A stretch of DNA of 64,000 nt from contig NIVC01001871.1 in the NCBI GenBank assembly GCA_002269645.1, forward strand, positions 58,494-122,493. The letters are read 5' to 3'. Source of the DNA: Macrostomum lignano. Lineage: Eukaryota. Positions 12,301 through 25,591 of the stretch are shown in pieces; within the stretch, counting starts at the first letter, position 1; each line of letters starts with the position of its first letter. The position numbers and the translations under genes are program-made. The notes beneath the pieces are model-generated. The model had not been told where the DNA came from. It saw only the letters and a program-made list of their open reading frames with translations, and did no database searches.

Positions 12301-15300
12301 GGCTTTGGGCTCGGTCCACTTTGAGAAAGTATAACAGGTAATAGCCAATGCGAGGGTGCCTGGCCGCCATCTCCGATAGCAGCAGGTACAGCGGCTGCCG
12401 CTTCGGGTCGTCCTCAGAGTACTGGCATAGCGTTCGGCAGATCACGAATATGGGAGTGCTCACGCTGTCCTCCAGGCTCCTGCGGTATGCAGTCAGGGAT
12501 CGGCGGGATCGTTAGGGCTCTTTGCCGTGTTCTCCTCTGCTTTCATTGCCCCTATTCTTCTCTCTGTTCCTTCCCAGATTCTCCTGATCTGCCTTCCTCA
12601 TCCCGACTCTCCCCGATCCCCTGACTCTCCCCGATCCCCTGACTCTCCCCGATCCCCTGACTCTCCCCGATCTCCTGACTCTCCCCGATCTCCTGACTCT
12701 CCCCGATCCCTGACTCTCCTCCCGATCCCCTGACTCTCCCCGATCCCCTGACTCTCCCCGATCCCCTGACTCTCCCCGATCCCCTGACTCTCCCCGATCC
12801 CCTGACTCTCCCCGATCCCATGACTCTCCCCGATCCCATGACTCTCCCCGATCCCCTGACTCTTCCCGATCCCATGACTCTCCCCGATCCCCTGACTCTC
12901 CCCGATCCCCTGACTCTCCCCGATCCCCTGACTCTCCCCGATCCCCTGACTCTCCCCGATCCCCTGACTCTCCCCGATCCCCTGACTCTCCCCGATCCCC
13001 TGATTCTCCTCCCGATCCCCTGACTCTCCTCCCGATCCCCTGACTCTCCCCGATCCCCTGACTCTCCTCCCGATCCCCTGACTCTCCTCCCGATCCCCTG
13101 ACTCTCCTCCCGATCCCCTGACTCTCCCCGATCCCCTGACTCTTCCCGATCCCCTGACTCTCTCCGATCTCCTGACTCTCCTCTCGATCGGACTCTCTCC
13201 GATCCTCTGACTCTCCCCCATCCAAAGACTCTCCCAATCCCTTGACTCTCCCCCATCCGAAGACTCTCCCAATGCCTTGGCTCTTCCCCATCCAGACTCT
13301 CCCATACCCAAAAACTCTCCCCGATCCCCTGACTCTCCTCCCGATCCCCTGACTCTCCCGATCCCCTGACTCTCCTCCCGATCCTCTGACTCTCCTCCCG
13401 ATCCCCTGACTCTCCCCGATCCCCTGACTCTCCCCGATCCCCTGACTCTCCCCGATCCCCTGACTCTCCCCGATCCCCTGACTCTCCCCGATCCTCTGAC
13501 TCTCCTCCCGATTCCCTGACTCTCCCCGATCCCCTGACTCTCCCCGATCCCCTGACTCTCTCCGATCCTCTGACTCTCCCCCATCCAAAGACTCTCCCAA
13601 TCCCTTGACTCTCCCCCATCCGAAGACTCTCCCAATGCCTTGGCTCTTCCCCATCCAGACTCTCCCAATCGCTTGACTCTCCCAATCCCTTGACTCTCCC
13701 ATACCCAAAAACTCTCCCAATCCCCTGACTCTCCGCCATTCAAAGACTCTCCCAATCCCCTACTTTCTCCCATCCCCTGATTAGCGTACTTCCGAAGAAA
13801 GTACCGTGCAAAAGCTCCGCAGGGAACTCACGAAGCATCGGCCGACTCCCCGGGAAAGATGGGGTCCTCCAACTGCGAGTGGCAGATTTCGCACAGGCAG
13901 GTGGCTATACGACGCGAAAAGTCCAAATCGATGTCCTCCTCTTCTATGATGCCCTGCACCACCTGGTACATGATCTCGCACTGGGCCTCAGTATCGCTGC
14001 GAGAGTTTTAAAATAATAATTGTAATATATTAGGTTAGTAATTTCACATTGTCCTTAAGTCTTTAGCTTGATTGCACAATTCCTAGCAATAAGCTTCAAT
14101 TCAGTGTAAAAAACTTTACCTTTCATCTCTAAGCTGCATAAGGCGATCCCGCATGACTGGGTCCAACTGCTGCAGGTAGGACTCAATATCCACCCTGTCT
14201 ACCTGGTAATGACAGCGCAGCTTCAGGCGTTGAAAGTCCCGACGAAGATCGAAAAACGCGCCGCTAGCGCCGCCGACAGTTCCACCGGCGCCGCCGCCAG
14301 CGCCGTTCTCTGCGTCCGACATTTCGGCGTCGCTGAACTCGGCAGATTCCGAACGGCGACGCCCTCTACCACCGCCAGAGCCGACAAAAGCTGCTGCCGC
14401 AGCTGCAGCCGACGGTTCCATCGACACGTCCGGCTGGACGCTGGCTGGGGCGGCGGATGGCGCTGGCGGCGCCGGAGGCGTCGGCGGTTTCGGCGGCGGA
14501 GTGGCGGAGCGCGACAAGGACTCGTGGTGATGCCCGCCGCCTGAAGTCGAGGAGGCCGGCGGCGTCGACGTCTGCCGAGCGATGCCGCCGCTGCTGGAGA
14601 CGCCGCTGCTGGCAGCCGATACGATGATTGCCGAATCATAGATTGGCGTCGGTTGAAGGCCGCCGACAACCGCCGAAGCGGGGTCTGGCAGCCTGGCGGA
14701 CTGGCGTAATGGGGAACACGGAACTAATTCAGGTGCTTAGTCGCTGAGTGATTGTTTGAAATAAAAGGGAGATTGGCGACGGTGAATCGCCTAGCGATAA
14801 AAACCATTGTTCAGAATATCGCCCGTGTCCGACAGAAATATGTTCCTCTCCCCCTGAATCCACCCCGACAATCCCATCTCCCTAAATGTTTTCCCCCCGA
14901 AAATCCCATCCACCCTGAATCTTTCACCCCGAAAAACCCATCCCCCGGAATCTTTCAACCCAAGAATCCCATCTCCCTGAATCTTTCCCACCAAAATCCC
15001 ATCTCCCCTGAATCTTTCCCACCAAAATCCCATCTCCCCTGAATCTTTCCCACCAAAATCCCCCCGAAAATCCCATCCACCCTGAATCTTTCACCCCGAA
15101 AATCCCATCCCCCAGAATCTTTCAACCCAAGAATCCCATCTCCCTGAATCTTTCCCACCAAAATCCTATCTCCCCTGAATCTTTCCCACCAAAATCCCAT
15201 CCTCCTGAATCTTTTCCACCGAAAATGCCATCTCCTCTGAATCCATCCCGAAAGTGCCATCTATCCTAAATCTTTCCCACCGAAAATGCCATCTCCCCTG

Positions 15301-18300
15301 AATCTTTCCAACCGAAAATCACAACCCCCTCCCCCCTGAATCCACCCTGAAAATCTCATCTCTCGTGATTGTGAATCCTTCAACCCGAAAATTCCATCTC
15401 CCCTGAATCTTTCACCCCGAAAATTCCATTCCCTGAATCTTTCACCCCGAAAATCCCATCTCCCCTGAATCTTTCACCCCGAAAATCCCATCCACCCTGA
15501 ATCTTTCACCCCGAAAATCCCATCTCCCCTGAATCTTTCACCCCGAAAATTCCATCTCCCCTGAATCTTTCACCCCGAAAATTCCATTCCCCTGAATCTT
15601 TCACCCCGAAAATCCCATCTCCCCTGAATCTTTCACCCCGAAAATCCCATCCACCCTGAATCTTTCACCCCGAAAATTTCATCTGCCCTGAATCTTTCAC
15701 CCCGAAAATTCCATTCCCCTGAATCTTTCACCCCGAAAATCCCATCTCCCCTGAATCTTTCACCCCGAAAATCCCATCCACCCTGAATCTTTCACCCCGA
15801 AAATTTCATCTGCCCTGAATCTTTCACCCCGAAAATTTCATCTGCCCTGAATCTTTCACCCCGAAAATTCCATCTCCCCTGAATCTTTCACCCCGAAAAT
15901 TCCATTCCCCTGAATCTTTCACCCCGAAAATCCCATCTCCCCTGAATCTTTCACCCCGAAAATCCCATCCACCCTGAATCTTTCACCCCGAAAATTTCAT
16001 CTGCCCTGAATCTTTCACCCCGAAAATTTCATCTGCCCTGAATCTTTCACCCCGAAAATTCCATCTCCCCTGAATCTTTCACCCCGAAAATTCCATCTCC
16101 CCTGAATCTTTCACTTCGAAAATTCCATCTCCCCTGAATCTTTCACCCCGAAAATTCCATCTCCCCTGAATCTTTCCTCCCGAAAATTCCATCTTCCTGA
16201 ATCTTTCACCCCGAAAATTCCATCTCCGAAAAAGTTCTTTCCGCTATCAAATTCTCCAGACTCACCGCAGCCGCAGCCGCCTGAGGCGCCTGTGCCGGCA
16301 CCAGATCGGCAAACGTGTGCCTCAACAGGCCGTGCATCTGTTTGTCCATCTTAGCCAAATCGAATATATGCGCCAGACTGTGCACAACTTTTCGTTCGAC
16401 TGCGGACAGCAGACACAAGCGGAGCCTGCGCCGTAGGTCGCCAGCCAGAGCCGGATAATAATTATCGGCTAATCGGCATAGAAAATCCAGCATGCCAATA
16501 GCCAGGTGCTGCTGATGCGATCTGGCTAAATTGTTTTGAATAACCAGCACGCCGGGCTCAATGTTCATGAGATTGTGCTGCGCCGGGTCGAACATCAGCC
16601 AATCGTAATAGAGCGCCAATTTCATATTGCAAACCACTGTTGGCGATGTACAGCTAAGTATTAGCCAGCTAATGAATGCCCAGCGCTGTACAACCTCGGA
16701 GGCGATTGTCTCATTAGACGGATGCACCTGGGTGACTACGAAACGAATCCAATCTACTCGGAGACTCTGCGACTCGGGCGTGTTCAGGTATTTGCGAGTT
16801 AACCAATCTAGATAGCGTTTGTGCGAGCCCATGTGTACGAACTTCAGGTACCTGGAGGGGCATTGGGATGGTAGGATTTTATTAGTGACTAGAATTCCTC
16901 AGTGAATGGGATTTCCCAATGGGATTCCCACTTATTGGGATTCCTCGCTGACTGGAATTTTCCACTGGGATTTCCCACAGATTAATATTTCCCACTGATT
17001 GGGACTACCCACTGCTTAGAATTATCGATTGATTAGGATTCCCTAAGGATTCGGATTACCCACTGATTGGGATTTCCCGGCTATTGGGATTTCCCACTGA
17101 GATTCCCAACAGATTAGGACTTCCCACCGATTGGGATTACCCACTGATTAGAATTATCGACTGATTCGGATTCCCTAAGGATGCGGATTACCCACTGATT
17201 GGGATTTTCCACTGATTAAGATTTCCCACTGATTGGGATTTCCCACTGATTGGGATTTCCCGGCTATTGGGATTACCCACTGATTGGGATTTCCCGGCTA
17301 TTGGGATTTCCCACTGAGATTCCCAACAGATTAGGACTTCCCACCGATTGGGATTACCCACTGATTAGGATTCCCTAAGGATTCGGATTACCCACTGATT
17401 GGGATTTTCCCCTGATTAAGATTTCCCACTGATTGGGATTTCCCGGCTATTGGGATTTCTCACTGGGATTCCTAACAGATTAGGACTTCCCACCGATTGG
17501 GATTACCCACTGATTGGAATTATCGACTGATTAGGATTCCCTAAGGATTCGGATTACCCACTGATTGGGATTTTCCACTGATTAAGATTTCCCACTGATT
17601 GGGATTTCCCGGCTATTGGGATTTCTCACTGGGATTCCCAACAGATTAGGACTTCCCACCGATTGGGATTACCCACTGATTAGAATTATCGACTGATTCG
17701 GATTCCCTACGGATTCGGATTCCCCACTGATTGGGATTTCGCAGCTATTGTGATTTCCCGCTGGGATTCCCACCTGATTTGGATTTCCCACTAAATAGGA
17801 TTCTCTTGAATAGAATTAACTTGTGATATAGCAGTGATTTTTTCGAGCCTGGAACGATTTAATACATGGAATTCTCCACTGATTGGGAATCTCTATTGAC
17901 TGTAATTCCCATAAAACAAAGCCACCAACTTACCACTTGATTCGCTGTTCCATATCGTGAGTCAGCCGGCTTGTAATGCACACGGGACTGGGCGGTTGGG
18001 CCAACAGCTGGGAAACTCCGGTAAATTTCGGAGACAGGCTGGTCGGCGAGTGCAGAATCTCCGACCAGAGACGTTCGAACTCGGGAAGCTTGGCCAGGTC
18101 CTATGCGGGAAACCGGTGGGAGTGCACTAATGCATAAGTGACTCTCCCTTCTGATCTAACAGGTTGAATGCTTAGCTGTGACTCTCCCCTCTGATCCAAC
18201 AGGTTGGATGCTTAGCTGTGACTCTCCCCTCTGATCTAACAGGTTGAATGCTTAGCTGTGACTCTCCCCTCTGATCTAACAGGTTGGATGCTTGGCTGTG

Positions 18301-21300
18301 ACTCTCCCCTCTGATCTAACAGGTTGGATGCTTAGCTGTGACTCTCCCCTCTGATCTAACAGGTTGGATGCTTGGCTGTGACTCTCCCCTCTGATTTAAC
18401 AGGTTGGATGCTTAGCTGTGACTCTCCCCTCTGATCTAACAGGTTGGATGCTTGGCTGTGACTCTCCCCTCTGATTTAACAGGTTGGATGCTTAGCTGTG
18501 ACTCTCCCCTCTGATTTAACAGGTTGGATGCTTAGCTGTGACTCTCCCCTCTGATCCAACAGGTTGGATGCTTGGCTGTGACTCTCCCCTCTGATTTAAC
18601 AGGTTGGATGCTTAGCTGTGACTCTCCCCTCTGATCCAACAGGTTGAATGCTTAGCTGTGACTCTCCCCTCTGATCCAACAGGTTGGATGCTTGGCTGTG
18701 ACTCTCCCCTCTGATTTAACAGGTTGGATGCTTAGCTGTGACTCTCCCCTCTGATCCAACAGGTTGAATGCTTAGCTGTGACTCTCCCCTCTGATTTAAC
18801 AGGTTGGATGCTTAGCTGTGACTCTCCCCTCTGATCCAACAGGTTGGATGCTTAGCTGTGACTCTCCCCTCTGATCTAACAGGTTGAATGCTTAGCTGTG
18901 ACTCTCCCCTCTGATCTAACAGGTTGGATGCTTAGCTGTGACTCTCCCCTCTGATCCAACAGGTTGAATGCTTAGCTGTGACTCTCCCCTCTGATCCAAC
19001 AGGTTGGATGCTTGGCTGTGACTCTCCCCTCTGATCCAACAGGTTGGATGCTTGGCTGTGACTCTCCCCTCTGATTTAACAGGTTGGATGCTTGGCTGTG
19101 ACTCTCCCCTCTGATCTAACAGGTTGGATGCTTAGCTGTGACTCTCCCCTCTGATCCAACAGGTTGAATGCTTAGCTGTGACTCTCCCCTCTGATCCAAC
19201 AGGTTGGATGCTTGGCTGTGACTCTCCCCTCTGATTTAACAGGTTGGATGCTTAGCTGTGACTCTCCCCTCTGATCCAACAGGTTGAATGCTTAGCTGTG
19301 ACTATCCCCTCTGATTTAACAGGTTGGATGCTTAGCTGTGACTCTCCCCTCTGATCCAACAGGTTGGATGCTTAGCTGTGACTCTCCCCTCTGATCCAAC
19401 AGGTTGGATGCTTGGCTGTGACTCTCCCCTCTGATTTAACAGGTTGGATGCTTAGCTGTGACTCTCCCCTCTGATCCAACAGGTTGAATGCTTAGCTGTG
19501 ACTCTCCCCTCTGATCCAACAGGTTGGATGCTTGGCTGTGACTCTCCCCTCTGATCTAACAGGTTGGATGCTTAGCTGTGACTCTCCCCTCTGATCCAAC
19601 AGGTTGAATGCTTAGCTGTGACTCTCCCCTCTGATTTAACAGGTTGGATGCTTAGCTGTGACTCTCCCCTCTGATCCAACAGGTTGGATGCTTAGCTGTG
19701 ACTCTCCCCTCTGATCTAACAGGTTGAATGCTTAGCTGTGACTCTCCCCTCTGATCTAACAGGTTGGATGCTTAGCTGTGACTCTCCCCTCTGATCCAAC
19801 AGGTTGAATGCTTAGCTGTGACTCTCCCCTCTGATCCAACAGGTTGGATGCTTGGCTGTGACTCTCCCCTCTGATCTAACAGGTTGGATGCTTGGCTGTG
19901 ACTCTCCCCTCTGATTTAACAGGTTGGATGCTTAGCTGTGACTCTCCCCTCTGATCCAACAGGTTGAATGCTTAGCTGTGACTCTCCCCTCTGATCCAAC
20001 AGGTTGGATGCTTGGCTGTGACTCTCCCTCTGATTTAACAGGTTGGATGCTTAGCTGTGACTCTCCCCTCTGATCCAACAGGTTGGATGCTTGGCTGTGA
20101 CTCTCCCCTCTGATTTAACAGGTTGGATGCTTAGCTGTGACTCTCCCCTCTGATCCAACAGGTTGAATGCTTGGCTGTGACTCTCCCCTCTGATTTAACA
20201 GGTTGGATGCTTAGCTGTGACTCTCCCCTCTGATCCAACAGGTTGAATGCTTAGCTGTGACTCTCCCCTCTGATCTAACAGGTTGAATGCTTAGCTGTGA
20301 CTCTCCCCTCTGATCTAACAGGTTGAATGCTTAGCTGTGACTCTCCCCTCTGATCTAACAGGTTGAATGCTTAGCTGTGACTCTCCCCTCTGATTTAACA
20401 GGTTGGATGCTTAGCTGTGACTCTCCCCTCTGATTTAACAGGTTGGATGCTTGGCTGTGACTCTCCCCTCTGATTTAACAGGTTGGATGCTTAGCTGTGA
20501 CTCTCCCCTCTGATTTAACAGGTTGGATGCTTAGCTGTGACTCTCCCCTCTGATCCAACAGGTTGAATGCTTGGCTGTGACTCTCCCCTCTGATTTAACA
20601 GGTTGGATGCTTAGCTGTGACTCTCCCCTCTGATCCAACAGGTTGAATGCTTAGCTGTGACTCTCCCCTCTGATCTAACAGGTTGAATGCTTAGCTGTGA
20701 CTCTCCCCTCTGATCTAACAGGTTGAATGCTTAGCTGTGACTCTCCCCTCTGATCTAACAGGTTGAATGCTTAGCTGTGACTCTCCCCTCTGATTTAACA
20801 GGTTGGATGCTTAGCTGTGACTCTCCCCTCTGATCTAACAGGTTGAATGCTTAGCTGTGACTCTCCCCTCTGATCTAACAGGTTGGATGCTTGGCTGTGA
20901 CTCTCCCCTCTGATCTAACAGGTTGGATGCTTAGCTGTGACTCTCCCCTCTGATCTAACAGGTTGGATGCTTGGCTGTGACTCTCCCCTCTGATCTAACA
21001 GGTTGAATGCTTAGCTGTGACTCTCCCCTCTGATCTAACAGGTTGGATGCTTAGCTGTGACTCTCCCCTCTGATCTAACAGGTTGGATGCTTAGCTGTGA
21101 CTCTCCCCTCTGATCTAACAGGTTGAATGCTTAGCTGTGACTCTCCCCTCTGATCTAACAGGTTGAATGCTTAGCTGTGACTCTCCCCTCTGATCTAACA
21201 GGTTGGATGCTTAGCTGTGACTCTCCCCTCTGATCTAACAGGTTGGATGCTTAGCTGTGACTCTCCCCTCTGATCTAACAGGTTGAATGCTTAGCTGTGA

Positions 21301-24300
21301 CTCTCCCCTCTGATCTAACAGGTTGAATGCTTAGCTGTGACTCTCCCCTCTGATCTAACAGGTTGGATGCTTAGCTGTGACTCTCCCCTCTGATCTAACA
21401 GGTTGGATGCTTGGCTGTGACTCTCCCCTCTGATTTAACAGGTTGGATGCTTAGCTGTGACTCTCCCCTCTGATTTAACAGGTTGGATGCTTAGCTGTGA
21501 CTCTCCCCTCTGATTTAACAGGTTGAATGCTTAGCTGTGACTCTCCCCTCTGATCTAACAGGTTGAATGCTTAGCTGTGACTCTCCCCTCTGATCTAACA
21601 GGTTGGATGCTTGGCTGTGACTCTCCCCTCTGATTTAACAGGTTGGATGCTTAGCTGTGACTCTCCCCTCTGATTTAACAGGTTGAATGCTTAGCTGTGA
21701 CTCTCCCCTCTGATCTAACAGGTTGGATGCTTGGCTGTGACTCTCCCCTCTGATTTAACAGGTTGGATGCTTAGCTGTGACTCTCCCCTCTGATCCAACA
21801 GGTTGAATGCTTAGCTGTGACTCTCCCCTCTGATCTAACAGGTTGAATGCTTAGCTGTGACTCTCCCCTCTGATCTAACAGGTTGAATGCTTAGCTGTGA
21901 CTCTCCCCTTGGGTCCCCAGCAGCATGAGCTAAATTCACAGGTTAACTCACCTGCAACAGACGCAGCAGATCCCGCCCAATACTCAGACAGTCTGTAAAA
22001 TTATCCCTCAGCAATGGCAATACAAAATCAATTTCTCGTTTTCTTAAGCGCTCCAACGCGCCCTGTAAACCGTGGCTAACAGGCGCGGCGTGATCGGCAA
22101 TGATTCTGAGATAAGAGTACACAACCACTGGCACCACAGCCTTCTTATCTAGCCAATTGTGCCTGTGCTGGCTCAGTATGTCTAGCACAGTTTCAACCAG
22201 CCACAGATTCAATGGAGACAAATCTCCGCCAGTCATCCTGCGCAGAAGATGATGCAACACGTGCTCGGCATTGATTGTATTGCTTTTGACCAGCTCGTGA
22301 AATAGCCATAGCAACTGGCGCCGAGGCGTATCCAATAATTTAGCCCAATATTCGCCTAGCAACCGGCTGATTTCTGTGACGGCCAAATTTAAATTGTCTT
22401 TAGTAGTTAGCAGCAAGAATTTGAATGCTTTGGCCGCAAATGCTGGCTCACATAGGGAGGAATAGAGGAGGCCCAGCTGTACCGCGTTGCATGCATTATG
22501 CGATGTGAGCGACTGCAGAAAATGGTATGGCAGATTTGTCATTTTGAAATAAAATTTGACAGCAAAATGTTAATCTTACAAAAAACATGCGTTCACTACT
22601 TACATGCTTTAGTAGTACATCATTCATAGCTGATTCGGAATCTTCAATCGAGTTAAGCAGCTGTTTGACTTCATTGTAGGCAGATTGCAGCAACTACAAA
22701 CACAAAATGGATTTCTCTACATGAACTCATTGGATAGGCAATGATGCTCTTAACAATACTGTCCTCATATTTGTTTTATATTTTATTTATCATATGCCTT
22801 GAATTTTAAGCTTAGTAGAGAACCTAAATATATGGCCTCTGAGAAAATTTAAGTTATACAAGGAGTCTATAACATGGCCTAATTTTTATTATCATACTGC
22901 ACAATATAGGCTTATTAACATAATCTTTAAATAATACAAAGCAATCTATTAAGCAAGCTAGATAACAAAGATAAGATGAGCTAAATTAAATATCTCTCAA
23001 AGTCTAGAATATATATATAGCATATCTAATATAGAATTAAATCTATATGCTAAAACTACTTCTACTAAAACTATAGATATGGCTATAAGAGTTATAGATA
23101 CAAAAGGTTTTACATAGAAAAAAGTAAATACAAATACAGAATAGTTTGGACCTTAGTTGGCTACAATAAGGTTAGCCCATGTTGTAGATCATATTTTTTG
23201 TATATGCTAAAAAACTTAGCTTGGTAGTATATACTAATAAAAATTGCATGATTAAAACAATTAGAAATAATATAACAATTCAAAGTATTATTTGATATAA
23301 AAACCTAATATAATTTTGTTGTCAAAATTTTCAAATAAATACTAGTACTATTATTACAAAGTCATAGTTTCTTTGCTACTAAGTAGTGGTAATAGGCTTT
23401 AATTAGGCTTTAATAGGGAGAGTCACCCTTTTAGCATATTTTATGCAATGATCTGATACTTTTATATTTACTAGCTATAAGCTTTTGGATTATAAAAGGG
23501 TGTTTATAAATAGTATTTATATGAAAATGATAATGTCAAAAAATTGTTTTTCTTGTATATACATTAGATGTACATTAGCTAGAGGCTAGAGCTTTTAAAT
23601 GCTAGAATTTTTTAGCATTTATTATACCTTACCTACAACATGGCCTTTACTAGACATTTGGCTATTATATCAATTAACAAATGAATTCTTATCTTTTTAA
23701 CTTTATTGCTATAGCTACTCCATAGTCTAGATCATACTAGGTGCATGCTTAAAACAAAAATTTAATAGGCCTGATTACAAATGCACACCAAAAAATAGAG
23801 TGCATACCCATTCTTAAAACTATGCCAGTGTGTAACAATAAATGACTTTTTATGTTATAGGCTCCTAACAATAAATGACCTTTTTGAATTATGTAGACCC
23901 CCTAATGGACCCTTCTTGGCAAATAATTTGATAGATTTTTCTTTTTTTGGTGATACTATTTGTAATGAAAATTTGATACACACAAAAGTTAGTTTGAATG
24001 CTTTATTACAAGCTTAAAAACCTAGAAAGCTGGAAATTTACACTTTAAAATGAACTTTTTTCATTTTATTAATTCACAATAACTCTTCCGTGTGATTCTA
24101 TAAAGTGCATGCCAGGTGTGCATGCCTACTTTTGGCATGCAAAGCCAATGCATGCCTGAATTTTTGGGCATATACTACATGATCCAGTGTGGTAGCTACT
24201 ATATTATTCCATTGTTAGGCCCTACTATATTTAGAATTATTTTAGATTTCAAATGGTTCTATTTAAGGCCAAATCATTTAAAATAATTTAATACTTAGTT

Positions 24301-24438
24301 AGGCCATAATATTTAAAATTAATACTATTAGACAATGGCATGCTTCCTCAACTCATTAACAAACAATAAACATACCTTGACTGCATCTGGTACAACTTCG
24401 ATAGCATCCTGTTGGATTAGACCTGGAATAGTAGTCAT
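9341..24438 (-). CDS. INTS3: Integrator complex subunit 3 (SOSS-A), 10 coding exons
   Basis: Exons (minus): 24438-24376, 22693-22604, 22512-21952, 18100-17934, 16851-16266, 14700-14120, 13996-13832, 12479-12023, 11391-10880, 9821-9341; all GT-AG with compatible phases. Motifs match INTS3 from memory: GGDLSPLNLWLVETVLDIL, IGRDLLRLLQ, KRYLDWLTRKYLNTPESQSLRVDWIRF, KLALYYDWLMFDP..MNIEPGVLV, DTEAQCEIM, HPRIGYYLLYFLK, SLSWESVEQLFLWQL. The first exon (MTTIPG...) is the least certain. Confidence 0.95.
10000..10865 (+). repeat. 32-bp degenerate minisatellite in the last INTS3 intron
   Basis: Unit AACTAGAAACTCCACAAGCTATAAGCTTCATC. Confidence 0.93.
11743..11893. other. Foldback (long inverted repeat) in an INTS3 intron, probably part of a non-autonomous element
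   Basis: Arms of ~47 bp at 11756-11803 and 11834-11880 are near-perfect reverse complements. The surrounding DNA (~11510-11980) has direct repeats GGATCCGCCATTG and CCTAGATTTTCTCGC. Confidence 0.8.
12590..13780 (+). repeat. 18-bp minisatellite filling an INTS3 intron
   Basis: Unit GACTCTCCCCGATCCCCT; gives the spurious GESQGI/RVRGSG ORFs. Confidence 0.97.
14850..16225 (+). repeat. 32-bp minisatellite filling an INTS3 intron
   Basis: Unit CCCCTGAATCTTTCACCCCGAAAATCCCATCT. Confidence 0.96.
16900..17790 (+). repeat. Degenerate ~17-bp repeat with higher-order duplications in an INTS3 intron
   Basis: Core GATTGGGATTTCCCACT; longer blocks are re-duplicated. Confidence 0.9.
18139..21909 (+). repeat. 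40-bp minisatellite, ~94 copies, 3.8 kb, filling an INTS3 intron
   Basis: Unit GTGACTCTCCCCTCTGATCTAACAGGTTGGATGCTTAGCT; the 120-bp line periodicity confirms a 40-bp unit. Confidence 0.98.
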
Positions 24439-25591
24439 TATGCTTTAAGGCGAATTTAGGGCCTAAGAGTAAGAGTCAAAATGAAGCAAAACAGATTCTG
24501 GTCTTTGTAAATTCAAACATGAAAATGTAGGTCAAGAACCACAAACCACTATTTTAACCTAGGTAGTACTAGTAGGTAGGCCTACCAAGATAGCTTAGAT
24601 AGTAAAAAATCTGTGCCTCTATTAAACTTGAGATCCAGCTTAAAAGTGGAAAGCTAGGCCGAATCAAGGACGAAAAGCGCGATTGATTGCAGTTCAGTAG
24701 TGGAGTGAGAAAATTCACACGACCTAAAAACAAATTTTTGAAAAAACGTTTCTTAGAAAGGAAAAATACAATCCACTTCGGTAACAGCCATTTAGAGCCA
24801 GTGCTTCGGTAACAAGCAGATTTACGTCTGTCAACACTTTATTATTATTATTATTATTAGGTTTAGCAATAATTAGTTTAATAGTTAACATCTCAAATAT
24901 CTTATTGCACATAGTGTTAAACTTTCTAGTTAAACTGTATTATACTTTGTTTAAACTTGCGCATTAACTTTGTGAAAAATTTAAAGGCAAAGAAATTAAG
25001 CGAAGCCGACACGGGCCATGCACCGCCGTAAAAAATAATACGTAAAAAATACCCGGGCCATAAAAAGTAAAAAACATTTTATGATAGTTGGAAACATACA
25101 AGCTCTTTTTTAGCAGCGCCTTCTATGAACAAATGCAATAGCACTTTTTAAGAGCCCAGCCCGCTGGCGTTGCTCCAAGTAAGGCAGTCTTTGCTCATCA
25201 GCTCATGGTTCATTGGTACCTCACGACTCACGTGCGTCCCATGGGCCGTGGGATTGCTCATGCACTTCTAAACAGGGGCATTGGTGGCCCGCTAGGTGGC
25301 TAGGCCTTTATGCCCTACTCTTCTATAGGCCTATTGTATTGCAATAACTGTTCAGTAGGCCTAATTGTACTAATTAGGCTTTTATTAAGTATCAGGTTTA
25401 GAAAATCTGGTTGTGCTTAGCTTGTAGGAAGATCCTAGGGGACCTAGGCTTGCTATATGCAGGCCATAGGCCCTATACAATGCAGGAAGCTTGGTATATA
25501 TTATTGGCATATTGTTTTGATTAGTTGCTTTTCATTCTTATTATTATATTATTATATGTTTTGTATCACTTCTATTATTATGGACTAAAGG

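Noticed and set aside
12512-13773. ~400-aa G/E/S/R-rich ORFs
   Set aside because: Products of the 18-bp intronic array; the INTS3 exons splice cleanly around it.
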